A stretch of 64,000 nt of DNA. Source: a virus. Both the position numbers and the translations under genes were made by a program. Every line of letters begins with the position of its first letter. Within the stretch, counting starts at the first letter, position 1. Shown piece by piece: positions 16,727 through 25,601 of the stretch. The stretch lies in IMG/VR virus record IMGVR_UViG_3300019458_000035; one strand, given 5' to 3'. Below the pieces are notes generated by a model that ran no database searches, was not told the DNA's origin, and saw only the letters and a program-made list of their open reading frames with translations.

Positions 16727-18133
16727 TTACCGTTTTTTGGCTGATGTGTCTGGGATCTTGATCGTTTCGCCCAGGCGCTTGAGCGGATGCTCCGTCGTTC
16801 CCTGCTTCGAGATGATGAACAAAGTCTGCGGCCACTTGTCTCCGGGTTTCATCCATTTTTCAACCTCCACGTCACCATAGCATCCGTCTGTGACCACGAC
16901 CGAAAGGTCGGGTTTACGTTTCCAGATGTCCGCCATGATTTCGGTGAGCTCGGTGCCACCGCTCTGGATGTCTTCGCGAGAGATGCGATGACCAAGTTTG
17001 TATTCCTCACTGTAATACATGTTCGTGTGGAAGAAGGATAGACGACACTTACGTGCGCCAACCTTCAAGAACTGATCGACAACCTCGAGAAACTCGTTGG
17101 CTTCCTCAATCGAGATCGAGCCAGAGGTATCGAGATAGTTGCTCAACTTAGGTAGTTCACCGACCTTAGTGCCCGGAGCTTTGTTACCAAAGCGACGAGA
17201 CTTACGGGTCCAGGTGTGCTTGCGATCGTGGCCAGCAGCGTGGCGCTTCATCGCCTGCATGATGAGAGCTTTGTAATTCAACTCAGCTTTACGAGCCTTG
17301 ATGTAGTCAAGAAGTTCCTTGATGTGACCAGGAAGATCGTCGTAAGAGAGACGAGCTTTCACCATCGCGCGCTTAACGAGCTCTTCAGTGGCTTCGAGCA
17401 TGTCCTTCTCATCAGCAGCTCCATCCCACATATGTTCGTCGATGGTTTGAGGAAGATCGCCATGGTCAGCTCCGCCACCTGCGTTGCCTTCTCCGTCACC
17501 ATCACCGTCTTCATCATCTGGGTCTTCGAACTTGGTGAGCAGCTTTTCGTAATAGTGCTCCATGGTCATATTCAACTGCCATGGCTTCTTCGCCTGAGTC
17601 TTATCATCGACGTCGTAGTAGTCGTTCACGTCGATCGTGAAACCTGGGCAAAGGTCATTCTTGCAAGGACCAGTGAGAACTCCGTTCTGCATTGGAGGAC
17701 ACTGAGGACATCCACGAGGCATATCCTTAATGAACTGATTGATCGCCATGTCAGCAGCGATGTTCATCAACATGCGCTTGCGAGCGGAGATCTTGAGGAA
17801 TGGAACACGAAGCGGATGCTTATGGGTGATGTGCGAAAGCTCATGTAACATCACGGCTTTGCGCTGTGCATCGTTAAGCTTCTTGCAGAAGAAGTAAGGA
17901 TTGATGAGCATGTCCCAACGCTTGGCATCGGTATTGAACATGATGCCGGCAGTGGGAAGAGTGTGAGCATAAGAGATCTGCAAACATTGCATCACCGACC
18001 CGATGAACGGGTGGGACTTCGTACACGCATAAATTGCGGTAGCAAGACAGCGAGTCTTCTCTTCCGGAGAGACAAACTCCTTGTCCATCAAATCTTTAGA
18101 TACTGACGGGCGAATACGTGACGACATCGGCAA
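16727..18133 (-). CDS. VWA-domain protein with N-terminal HExxH putative metallopeptidase domain (partner of MoxR ATPase; CobT/DUF2201-like)
   Basis: AVMLHELSHITHKH (HExxH) near N-terminus; MIDAS DTSGS in C-terminal half; acidic linker DPDDEDGDGDGEGN. Confidence 0.7.
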   Translation of the reverse strand: MPMSSRIRPSVSKDLMDKEFVSPEEKTRCLATAIYACTKSHPFIGSVMQCLQISYAHTLPTAGIMFNTDAKRWDMLINPYFFCKKLNDAQRKAVMLHELSHITHKHPLRVPFLKISARKRMLMNIAADMAINQFIKDMPRGCPQCPPMQNGVLTGPCKNDLCPGFTIDVNDYYDVDDKTQAKKPWQLNMTMEHYYEKLLTKFEDPDDEDGDGDGEGNAGGGADHGDLPQTIDEHMWDGAADEKDMLEATEELVKRAMVKARLSYDDLPGHIKELLDYIKARKAELNYKALIMQAMKRHAAGHDRKHTWTRKSRRFGNKAPGTKVGELPKLSNYLDTSGSISIEEANEFLEVVDQFLKVGARKCRLSFFHTNMYYSEEYKLGHRISREDIQSGGTELTEIMADIWKRKPDLSVVVTDGCYGDVEVEKWMKPGDKWPQTLFIISKQGTTEHPLKRLGETIKIPDTSAKKR

Positions 18134-18151
18134 TTCTCCTATGGGAGCTGA

Positions 18152-18163
18152 TAGTTTCAGAAT
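18152..18163 (-). promoter_or_regulatory. conserved upstream motif TAGTTTCAGAAT (coding-strand ATTCTGAAACTA), representative copy
   Basis: One of 12 copies 7-35 nt upstream of minus-strand ATGs. Others at 14714-14726, 20488-20499, 20657-20668, 24015-24026, 47959-47970, 50804-50815, 54810-54821, 63823-63834; variants at 35068-35079, 56391-56402, 63358-63369. Confidence 0.55.
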
Positions 18164-18175
18164 AGGGTTATACGG

Positions 18176-18385
18176 TTAATGCAGTAGAGCCCGTTCCATC
18201 AGCAGGTTCTCTATATAGTGTATCACTTCTTGCTTAAGTCTGCTAGTACTTGGGCTATCAGGCAACCCTTGCAACCTAAGGATAGCACCTTCTCTGACAT
18301 GATTTAGAAGCTTTTGAAGCTCTGGACTATTTAGATGGTCAAAGTGCTTCTTTGCCAACTCAGGTTCAAGTTCTTGATATTCCAT
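18176..18385 (-). CDS. hypothetical protein (69 aa)
   Basis: ORF between MoxR and VWA genes. Confidence 0.35.
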   Translation of the reverse strand: MEYQELEPELAKKHFDHLNSPELQKLLNHVREGAILRLQGLPDSPSTSRLKQEVIHYIENLLMERALLH

Positions 18386-18614
18386 CTGAGAAGAAATCTC
18401 CCATTAGGTGCTCATATAGTTCATGTTCTGCTATAACGATAGCCTTTTCAAGCGCTTCAATGTGAATACTGATTCCACGTTTATGTAACCTTTGTTCAAC
18501 ATATAGGCACATATCGAGGTCCTTACGAATGATCCGCACAAAATCCAACGAGATTGTTCTCAAGAAAGGTTCAAATTCTTCTAGAGACATTTCTCCTATA
18601 AATTTTAGGTTCAT
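18366..18614 (-). CDS. hypothetical protein (82 aa)
   Basis: ORF between MoxR and VWA genes. Confidence 0.35.
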   Translation of the reverse strand: MNLKFIGEMSLEEFEPFLRTISLDFVRIIRKDLDMCLYVEQRLHKRGISIHIEALEKAIVIAEHELYEHLMGDFFSDGISRT

Positions 18615-18673
18615 ATAAGAAGTCCGGCCTAGGTACGGAGGAAGCCATACCCAGGCCGGTTGGTTCTACAGCC

Positions 18674-19816
18674 TTACTTCGCTGCGGGCTTGTTGGCGCC
18701 CGTAGCACGGCTGATCTTGATGTTATCCTTCAACACCTTCACTAGGTCAGGGTGACGCTTCGTGAATTCGGCGAAGAACGTGGTGATTTGACCCTTGGAC
18801 TGCTTGTGACCGCAAGCTTTGATGAGGTTGACGGCGTGGTCAGAGGCGATCGTCTTCGCCACTTCAGCCATCGTGTCCTCGTCGATCTGGTCAGGCTTAC
18901 AATCCTTCTTCAATCCACCATAGTGCTTCTCGATGGACTCAACGGTCGCAGCAATCATATCGCCTTGGTAGTTGTTAGGATCGGACTGGAGAGCAAGACG
19001 CTCGAAAGCCTTCTTGCGATCCTTGAGGATGTCCTGAGCCGTGACCGGAGCTTGATCGAAGCAGAACTTGTGATACTCGTTACCGATGTCTTTACCGAGA
19101 ATCGAGGTCACCACCAAACGATGGAGCATGCGATTCTTGCTTACGTCGGCGCGCTCAGCCGCGTTCACCTTGGACCACGTACGTGGCGAGATGTAGCGAC
19201 CGTCCTTCGCGACTTCCTTAGAAGTCTTGTAGGTCCAAATACCGGACTTGACGAACATCTGGACGTTGTTGTGCCAGTCTTTGTCTTCGACGTGATCGAT
19301 GAAGGTCACCGGATCATACTCGACTTCGAACGCTTCGAAACGATCTTTGAGAGCGGCGTCCATAGTGTTGACGTCGTACTCAGAGGAGTCGGGGTTGATG
19401 CACGCAGCGATCAACCAACCTTCGGGCAACTCGTAGTTGTGAACCTTGCGATCCGTGAGCAACTGCATCAAGCAGTTCATAACGCCCGTAGTACCGCGGT
19501 TCGGTTCTTCGAGCAGGATGAGTCCTTCACCTTCGGTAGGCCAGAACTCAGGCAAACGGTGAGCAGTACGAACGACGTTGTTCTTGTCCTTTTCAGTTTC
19601 AGGGAAACCGATCAGGTCGGGAGCTTCCATGTATGCGATACGAAGATCGAGGAAGCCGAACTTGGGATTACGACTGCGTTGCTTCTTCACCCAGGCTTGA
19701 CAGATTTGGGACTTACCGAGACCTGCTTCGCCGTCAAACAAAGGATTGAACACTTCGCCAATCTTTCGTGCGGCCATTGCGGTATCGAGAACAGTGAAAA
19801 TATGGGACGGCTTCAT
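18674..19816 (-). CDS. MoxR/CobS-like AAA+ ATPase
   Basis: Walker A GEAGLGKS, Walker B LILLEEPNRG (DEINRA-like), 380 aa. Confidence 0.75.
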   Translation of the reverse strand: MKPSHIFTVLDTAMAARKIGEVFNPLFDGEAGLGKSQICQAWVKKQRSRNPKFGFLDLRIAYMEAPDLIGFPETEKDKNNVVRTAHRLPEFWPTEGEGLILLEEPNRGTTGVMNCLMQLLTDRKVHNYELPEGWLIAACINPDSSEYDVNTMDAALKDRFEAFEVEYDPVTFIDHVEDKDWHNNVQMFVKSGIWTYKTSKEVAKDGRYISPRTWSKVNAAERADVSKNRMLHRLVVTSILGKDIGNEYHKFCFDQAPVTAQDILKDRKKAFERLALQSDPNNYQGDMIAATVESIEKHYGGLKKDCKPDQIDEDTMAEVAKTIASDHAVNLIKACGHKQSKGQITTFFAEFTKRHPDLVKVLKDNIKISRATGANKPAAK

Positions 19817-19874
19817 TTAGGTCTTCCTCCTAGAGATTTACTTATCAGACAACTGCAGACAGTAGTTTCGGAAA

Positions 19875-20201
19875 TTAGTGAAAGTCCCGGGACTCGGGTT
19901 CACCGATGTTAAAGAACGTTTGGAACCTCTCGTGCAGAACATCTGCTACAAGACTTTGTGCATTTAGCGTTTTATGGGAGTCGAGGTCGGCGTCAGCAAG
20001 AGCTTTGTCGGCCAAGATACGGAACGCTTTCTTGCTAAACTGAAGCAGATTAACCAGAGCCTCGAGCTCTGGGTCTGCGACCTGGATAGTGAGGTATCCA
20101 GGTTTGGCGGGCGGAGCGCTATTCGTAATCGTCTTCGAAGTCGTCTTCTTCTGAGTCGAATCCGTCGTCGTCTTCGTTTTCTTCGTCTTCTGGGCCATCA
20201 C
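19875..20201 (-). CDS. hypothetical protein with K/T-rich N-terminus
   Basis: ORF whose first 27 codons overlap the acidic tail of 20119-20463 in another frame (GTG/ATG start). Confidence 0.3.
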   Translation of the reverse strand: MMAQKTKKTKTTTDSTQKKTTSKTITNSAPPAKPGYLTIQVADPELEALVNLLQFSKKAFRILADKALADADLDSHKTLNAQSLVADVLHERFQTFFNIGEPESRDFH

Positions 20202-20463
20202 TCATTTCCTCCAAGACCTTCTTGCGAAGTGCTTCCGGCAAGGCGTTGATATCAAGCTTAGCTTGAGGTTTTGCTTTACGCTTCGTACCCTTAGAGGCTT
20301 TTGACTCGCTGTAATAGAGTTCAGCTTCGTCATACGTGAGCAGATTCACTGGGCCGCCACTTGACGACTTCAACTTCTGTTCCTTAATAACTTCTTCTTT
20401 GGGCGGAACTTTGGTGATTTGACCACCACGCGCTAGAAACTCAGCTACCGACTCGGTTTTCAT
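20119..20463 (-). CDS. hypothetical acidic protein (114 aa)
   Basis: Preceded by CTGAAACTA motif and RBS AGGAGAA; C-terminal D/E run. Confidence 0.4.
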   Translation of the reverse strand: MKTESVAEFLARGGQITKVPPKEEVIKEQKLKSSSGGPVNLLTYDEAELYYSESKASKGTKRKAKPQAKLDINALPEALRKKVLEEMSDGPEDEENEDDDGFDSEEDDFEDDYE

Positions 20464-20647
20464 CAGAATTCTCCTGTTGATGATTGGTAGTTTCAGAATC
20501 TGGGAGTTTGGTTTCCAAGGTGACCCTGCGAATATAGGAATTGACGTTCATGCGAATAGCGCGATGAACTGCAATATCAAGGTCGTTGATTTCTTTGGGA
20601 GTGAGCTCTTCGCAAAACTCTAACGTAAAACGAATCTTTTTGCTCAT
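20441..20647 (-). CDS. hypothetical protein (68 aa)
   Basis: Motif ATTCTGAAACTA 10 nt upstream of ATG. Confidence 0.35.
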   Translation of the reverse strand: MSKKIRFTLEFCEELTPKEINDLDIAVHRAIRMNVNSYIRRVTLETKLPDSETTNHQQENSDENRVGS

Positions 20648-20668
20648 GACAGCAAATAGTTTCAGAAT

Positions 20669-21136
20669 TTAGTCGCCCAATAGATGATCGTCGAAGGTGG
20701 CAGGAAGTACTTTACAGAGTTTCTTTAAGAACTTTTCGTTGTCACGCTCTTTATCTCGCTTCATGATCATATTCCTAAGTTTGCGGAACTTCCTAAACAT
20801 GGAGCGATAGGTTTCAAAGAAGCGAGCATGAGCTATCATTGAGGCGTCAGGAGTAGAGGCCTCGGCAGCTTTGATATCCGAGAGGTACCTAGAAAATACG
20901 TAGCAACTCATTTCCTTAGTGAGAGACCTAATACAGATGATGACAGAGCGACCCATGTCATTTGGGTCATTCATTAAGTCATCTTTAAGTTGGATCTTAG
21001 GTTGCCAGAATATGGTTGGCTCAAACTGACGGTTGGGAGTGTACTGATTGTCATAGTAGGAGAACGACTCAGGAGAACGCTTAAATTCTTCGATGAGTTG
21101 CTCTAAAGCCAGCTCGATTAATTCATGGTTTGTCAT
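20669..21136 (-). CDS. hypothetical protein (155 aa)
   Basis: ORF. Confidence 0.45.
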   Translation of the reverse strand: MTNHELIELALEQLIEEFKRSPESFSYYDNQYTPNRQFEPTIFWQPKIQLKDDLMNDPNDMGRSVIICIRSLTKEMSCYVFSRYLSDIKAAEASTPDASMIAHARFFETYRSMFRKFRKLRNMIMKRDKERDNEKFLKKLCKVLPATFDDHLLGD

Positions 21137-21150
21137 GCGATTCCTCTAGC

Positions 21151-21159
21151 TGGTATAAT
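21151..21159 (+). promoter_or_regulatory. sigma70-like extended -10 (TGGTATAAT) with TTGTCA 18 nt upstream
   Basis: Exact TGnTATAAT 47 nt upstream of ATG at 21206 with RBS GAGGAA. Confidence 0.5.
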
Positions 21160-21205
21160 TACAACAGCACACCTTTATATTCTACCGCGTGCTCTCGAGG
21201 AACAA

Positions 21206-22057
21206 ATGGCTGAAAAGACGGACCTACTAGACAGTTTAGTGTACGGAGTAGACATCAAGAACCGCAGGATCTACTTCGGAGTCGGTCTAGATTGGACCGA
21301 GGAGTCACCAGGGGACTTCACCCAAGCATCAGTGGAGCTTGCCATCCGTGCGCTGCATAAAATGTCCCTAGACGCGCCTGGGAAGCCTATAGAGATACAT
21401 ATGAACAGCTATGGAGGTGATCCATATGCTATGCTCCGTCTGCACGACGAGATCCTATCCTGCCCATGTCAAGTTAAGTTCTTTGGAGGCGGCGCTATCA
21501 TGTCAGCCGCAACCTGGATCCTTGCTGTCTGCGACGAGCGATATCTTCAACCTAATGCTACCGTAATGGTACATGACGGCTCAGAGGAGTACGGTGGGAA
21601 GCATACCGACGTTCAAATTACAGCCGCTGAGATGAAGCGACTTCAGGATGTCCTATACGATATCTACGAGAAGAACTCTAGGATGCCTAAGGAATTCTGG
21701 CAGGACGTATGCCAACGCGATCTATACCTAACTGCCCACGAAGCAGTGTCACTTGGTCTTGCTGACAAGATTGTTGAGCCTAAGAAGCGCGGTAACTTGC
21801 GTAAAGCGAGGCAGAATGCCCTTAAGAAGCCTATTGAGAACGCAGATATGAAGAAGCTCCTAGGCGATATCTATGGCCGCATTAATAAGGTGAAAGTACC
21901 TAAAATCACTCTCAACGAGATCGCTAAGGAACCAGTGGATCCTAAGATCATCGTTGACGAAACTCCAAATGAAAAAGGCGCAGTAGCCGAAGCTACCACG
22001 CCTTCCACAACATCGTCGGTTGATGTCGCAACAAACGTTCCACGCGAATCTACCTAA
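21206..22057 (+). CDS. ClpP-family (S14) serine protease-like protein with ~100-aa C-terminal extension
   Basis: IHMNSYGGDPYAMLRLHDEI...MSAATWILAVCDERY...MVHDGS blocks align with ClpP catalytic core; start moved to ATG 21206 downstream of promoter. Confidence 0.65.
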   Translation: MAEKTDLLDSLVYGVDIKNRRIYFGVGLDWTEESPGDFTQASVELAIRALHKMSLDAPGKPIEIHMNSYGGDPYAMLRLHDEILSCPCQVKFFGGGAIMSAATWILAVCDERYLQPNATVMVHDGSEEYGGKHTDVQITAAEMKRLQDVLYDIYEKNSRMPKEFWQDVCQRDLYLTAHEAVSLGLADKIVEPKKRGNLRKARQNALKKPIENADMKKLLGDIYGRINKVKVPKITLNEIAKEPVDPKIIVDETPNEKGAVAEATTPSTTSSVDVATNVPREST

Positions 22058-22150
22058 ACTATCGGCTGTTCTTTCCAGATGTTCTCAAAAACCTGATCGT
22101 TTAGCACGGGGCATTTGAGCTGGACGTCTTCAAGATATCGTTAAGTAGAT

Positions 22151-22567
22151 TTATTCACAAGCGTTGGCATTGTCATCGGTTTGAATAGTTTCCCCAACCG
22201 AATACGTAACCTCATGAATGCAAGCGTAAACCTTTTTGTTATCGCAAGCATAGAAGGTCATGCCACACTCACTCTTCTCTCTGCACAGACAGTTCACGTT
22301 AGGAGTAAGTCCTCGACCGTACTCCAACAACCGATACTGTGCAACCTTGTCTGGCTCAGGTGGCGTTTCCGGCTCTGACGGCTCCTCAGGAGTTTGTTCC
22401 GCAACGGCGGGCTCGGAAGCTTGAGAGCGAGCGGCAGCTTGTTCTTGAGCCAAACGCTCCATCTCACGTTCTTGCATAGCCTGACGTTCTTTGTCAGCTT
22501 GCACATCCTCAGGGTCCGAGGATGTGCAAGCAGCAAGCAGCAAAGCTGCCATCACCAAGTATCTCAT
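22151..22567 (-). CDS. lipoprotein (138 aa)
   Basis: Signal peptide with lipobox LLAAC; E/Q-rich coiled region; 4 Cys in C-terminal domain. Confidence 0.5.
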   Translation of the reverse strand: MRYLVMAALLLAACTSSDPEDVQADKERQAMQEREMERLAQEQAAARSQASEPAVAEQTPEEPSEPETPPEPDKVAQYRLLEYGRGLTPNVNCLCREKSECGMTFYACDNKKVYACIHEVTYSVGETIQTDDNANACE

Positions 22568-22677
22568 TATTTTTCCTTCTTATTAAGCTCCTTAAGAAGC
22601 ATAACACCAAGGGTTCCAAGTACGAGAGCTCCGACCACAACGAACAAGGCGAGAGCCAAATCAATCAAGATAACCAT
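22567..22677 (-). CDS. small hydrophobic membrane peptide (36 aa, below cutoff)
   Basis: MVILIDLALALFVVVGALVLGTLGVMLLKELNKKEK; SD GGAGG 5 nt upstream; stop overlaps lipoprotein start (TAATG). Confidence 0.35.
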   Translation of the reverse strand: MVILIDLALALFVVVGALVLGTLGVMLLKELNKKEK

Positions 22678-22685
22678 ATGTCCTC

Positions 22686-22721
22686 CAAATAAAAAGACCT
22701 GGGACGATAAGTCCCAGGTCT
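22686..22721 (-). terminator. rho-independent terminator (11-bp perfect stem + T-run on minus strand)
   Basis: AGACCTGGGAC-gataa-GTCCCAGGTCT followed on minus strand by TTTTTATTT, downstream of SPFH gene. Confidence 0.6.
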
Positions 22722-22733
22722 CGTTATACTAGC

Positions 22734-23978
22734 TTACTCTTTCTTCTCACGAGCCATCTTGTCGCTGATGCGCATGAGGCTCTCAAGGCCGACAGCTTCG
22801 AACGGATCAGCTGCGGACTTACCGCCAGCTCCACCGCCGATCACCATCATGCTTGGGAACTGCACCTTAGCGAGCTCTGCAGCGACGCCAATTGCGGTTT
22901 CCTTAGCGATGGTAGCCTTCTCGAGAGGAGTCAGACCGGCTTGGACTTTCAAGCGATTAACCTCAGCGAGAGCTTTACCAGTGGTGACCTGAGCAGCAGC
23001 GTCTTGTTCGGCTTGCTTGCGCTTAAGCTGAGCAACCTCGAACTCCTTTTGAGCGATCGTAACTTCCTTAATCTTCTCGACGTCCTGATTGGCTTTCTCA
23101 GTGGCGATACGAGCGTTACCTTGCTCACGAGCGGTAATTGCGTCCTGCTTAGCTTTTTCAGCGTTAGCCTTGGCAACAACCTTCTGCTGTTCAGCTTCCT
23201 TCTTCTTGGAGATCAATGCGTCGATGGTGTTATCGAAGTCAATGTCCTTGATGACGAACTGAATCACTTCAATGCCGTACTGCTTCAAAGGAGAGATCTT
23301 GCGAATGACACGTTGGCCTTTGTCGTCGAGCTTGATGTTGACATCCTTCTCGATGAACTCATTGCCGTCTGCGTCCTTGTCTTTGAACTCCTTCGCAACA
23401 GTCTCAAAGATACCTTCCGTGACTTGGTCTTCGGCGATATCGGTGAACTCAGAGCGACGCGTAGAGTACGAGTCTTCTGCTTTCATGAGAGGAGAAGTCT
23501 GCATAAGAGCTTCAGCAACCACCTGACGCATCAAGTCGTGCTTAATGGCCTTATAGTTCTTGAAGTCTTGGTGAAGTTTCAGCTGCTTGGCAGGGTCCGA
23601 TGGAAGTCGGAACTTGATCATGCCACTGATTTCAGCAGTACCACCATCGTTGAACCTCACCTTGATAGGATCGGCATCGGAATCAGCCTGACCAGCTTCA
23701 CTCTTCGAGAAGTAGTAGACGTCCGAGACGTGGTAAGTGGTTACGTTTGCGAACAAGCGCAGGTAAGTACCTGGGCTTTCGATGACAGACATGGTACCAG
23801 TGACCGCTGCCTGCTTGATCTGGTAGTAACCAGCATCATTGGAACCGAGGACCTGACGACCGAGAGTGACGACCGTGATAAGGGCAATCAACCCCACCAC
23901 GAGAAGAGCTCCCAGCTTAATCTGCTTGAGATTCATATTTACTCCATAGGGTAGTTGATATAGAAAGGGATAGGTCAC
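22734..23978 (-). CDS. SPFH/band-7 (stomatin/prohibitin/HflKC-like) membrane protein
   Basis: N-terminal TM helix then long SPFH-like domain and A/E/K/Q-rich coiled coil; 414 aa. Confidence 0.75.
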   Translation of the reverse strand: MTYPFLYQLPYGVNMNLKQIKLGALLVVGLIALITVVTLGRQVLGSNDAGYYQIKQAAVTGTMSVIESPGTYLRLFANVTTYHVSDVYYFSKSEAGQADSDADPIKVRFNDGGTAEISGMIKFRLPSDPAKQLKLHQDFKNYKAIKHDLMRQVVAEALMQTSPLMKAEDSYSTRRSEFTDIAEDQVTEGIFETVAKEFKDKDADGNEFIEKDVNIKLDDKGQRVIRKISPLKQYGIEVIQFVIKDIDFDNTIDALISKKKEAEQQKVVAKANAEKAKQDAITAREQGNARIATEKANQDVEKIKEVTIAQKEFEVAQLKRKQAEQDAAAQVTTGKALAEVNRLKVQAGLTPLEKATIAKETAIGVAAELAKVQFPSMMVIGGGAGGKSAADPFEAVGLESLMRISDKMAREKKE

Positions 23979-24025
23979 ACCCTTAGGTAACCTATCCCTT
24001 AAACTGATTGGCTATAGTTTCAGAT

Positions 24026-24283
24026 TTAGTTGCCAAACTTGCGGGCGCGGAGAGCGCGAAGCAAGCGAGTGCGACCAGAGCGGCCAGAGACAGCGGAGGT
24101 CGTGCCGTTCACGATGCGAGCAGCAGAGCCACCGAGGAAGTTGTTGAGTACGCGGAGCTTAGCCGAACGACGACCAGCGCGAGGGCTGAGAGCCGAGGCA
24201 AGAGCCGAGTAGCTCGAGGCTTGGGAGGCAGAGAGGCTGGAAACTTCAGAGATCAAAAGATTCAAAGTATACTTCTTAGTCAT
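24026..24283 (-). CDS. hypothetical low-complexity A/S/R-rich protein (85 aa)
   Basis: SD AAGGAG 7 nt upstream. Confidence 0.3.
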   Translation of the reverse strand: MTKKYTLNLLISEVSSLSASQASSYSALASALSPRAGRRSAKLRVLNNFLGGSAARIVNGTTSAVSGRSGRTRLLRALRARKFGN

Positions 24284-24292
24284 TGTTACTCC

Positions 24293-24766
24293 TTAAGGAA
24301 AAGATCCATACGGTTTACGACCGTTAGCGTGTGCATCGCACAAAGTTGAAATCCAGCCGCCTTGTCGTAGGCAACCAGGCTGACCACACTCTTCGCATTC
24401 TTGAGCGGAGCGTTCCTCAGCCTCATTGATAATCTGGTACATCTCGTCGGTTCCGGTTGAGAGATAGAATCTCAAGGTTCCGAACTTCTCTTTGACCTGC
24501 TGAGCATGAGGTAGCTCCTCGCGAGGTGCCATAGGAAACATGGCTTTCTGCTTTATGATCTCTTTCTCGAGGCGAGCACTACACTCACGGAGAAGATCAA
24601 ACCAGCCATCGCCACAAGCGAAAGAGAAACGATTGTTCGTGGGACTGAGCGGATACAGCGGATCATAAGGTGGATATAGGTTGGGAAAGTTGTTAATTAG
24701 GAAATCTTCATTTGCCTGGTTCATGTTAAATCCTTTGGGGAGGAATAAGGTCACCCAAGTTTCCAA
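24293..24766 (-). CDS. hypothetical Cys-rich protein (157 aa)
   Basis: ORF; CEECGQPGC...C motif near C-terminus. Confidence 0.45.
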   Translation of the reverse strand: METWVTLFLPKGFNMNQANEDFLINNFPNLYPPYDPLYPLSPTNNRFSFACGDGWFDLLRECSARLEKEIIKQKAMFPMAPREELPHAQQVKEKFGTLRFYLSTGTDEMYQIINEAEERSAQECEECGQPGCLRQGGWISTLCDAHANGRKPYGSFP

Positions 24767-24887
24767 GGGTGACCTTTTAGCCTAACCCTTAACATAATAC
24801 GTACGTTTCACTCCAAGGCCCTCGCTAGACGCACGCTCGTGTCATCATACGCTGATAGGCATGGCGGGGACACAAACCCATTATGCC

Positions 24888-25172
24888 TCACGTTGAATCT
24901 ACCATCGTCGGAAGATCCTCCTTTGCGTCCATATCACCAGAGAATAAGATCTTCTCCATCCTCTTGGTGTCTTTACGGTACCTATACCTCGCTTGTTTGC
25001 GAGCGTACTTGTGGTCCTTGTACCGTGCCACAACTTTAGCGGTTGGAATGTAGATTAGTTCGTAGCCTTCGGCACAGAGATCATAAGCTCCGACTCCTTG
25101 GTATTCGTCCCAAGTCCCGTCGTCGTGTTGCTGAACGTGTCGAATCTTGTAGACACTCTTCCAGTCGCTCAT
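24888..25172 (-). CDS. hypothetical protein (94 aa)
   Basis: ORF. Confidence 0.4.
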   Translation of the reverse strand: MSDWKSVYKIRHVQQHDDGTWDEYQGVGAYDLCAEGYELIYIPTAKVVARYKDHKYARKQARYRYRKDTKRMEKILFSGDMDAKEDLPTMVDST

Positions 25173-25177
25173 AATTT

Positions 25178-25272
25178 TGGTCCGCGGAGAGAGAATCGAA
25201 CTCTACTCGCCAACACTAATCTAGTGCTTAAAGGGTTTATAAATCCCTGGGGTGCAACCTACACTTCCGCGG
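25178..25272 (-). tRNA. tRNA-like gene, 95 nt, type II architecture, anticodon unresolved (possibly UAU)
   Basis: Perfect 7-bp acceptor CCGCGGA/TCCGCGG + ACCA, T-arm AGAG-TTCGATT-CTCT, variable hairpin CACTA-GAT-TAGTG; fits exactly in gap between two ORFs. Confidence 0.4.
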
Positions 25273-25278
25273 TAAGGG

Positions 25279-25569
25279 TTATCTTACCTCGCGTTGTACT
25301 GGTTTGGAATAGTAAAGACGCATGCTAGGGTCATAGGTTTGAACCTCTTCGGGTTTAAACGACCTAGCTGCGTCCTGGCAGAACTGGACAAGCGTCGCAC
25401 TCTGCGAACTATCTTTTGGATTAATGTTTTGATTGGTGAGCTCGGTATGCGCTTGACTTTCTACGCAACCATGCTCATAAGAACCGCGCATGAGGTCTTC
25501 CAACGTGGGATGCGCCGTAGCGCACCCCATCGCCAGGAAACACAAACAAAGGAATGCTATCGTCTTCAT
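25279..25569 (-). CDS. secreted protein (96 aa)
   Basis: Signal peptide MKTIAFLCLCFLAMGCATA. Confidence 0.4.
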   Translation of the reverse strand: MKTIAFLCLCFLAMGCATAHPTLEDLMRGSYEHGCVESQAHTELTNQNINPKDSSQSATLVQFCQDAARSFKPEEVQTYDPSMRLYYSKPVQREVR

Positions 25570-25601
25570 GTCGTATCCCTCCTTAGATTCGGAATTTGAG
25601 T

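Noticed and set aside
16536-16856. Track ORF 16536-16856(-)
   Set aside because: Overlaps the 3' end of the VWA gene by 130 nt with no internal Met. Kept out of the feature list as probably spurious.
18752-19912. Long plus-strand ORFs 18752-19912, 17216-17848, 22941-23954, 25596-26237, 25792-26277, 26280-26762, 12926-13393, 28447-28962 and 32084-32743
   Set aside because: Antisense shadow ORFs inside strongly supported minus-strand genes (MoxR, VWA, SPFH, AAA ATPase, NAMPT, RtcB and others). Their products are low-complexity or L/V/R-rich and lack upstream signals.
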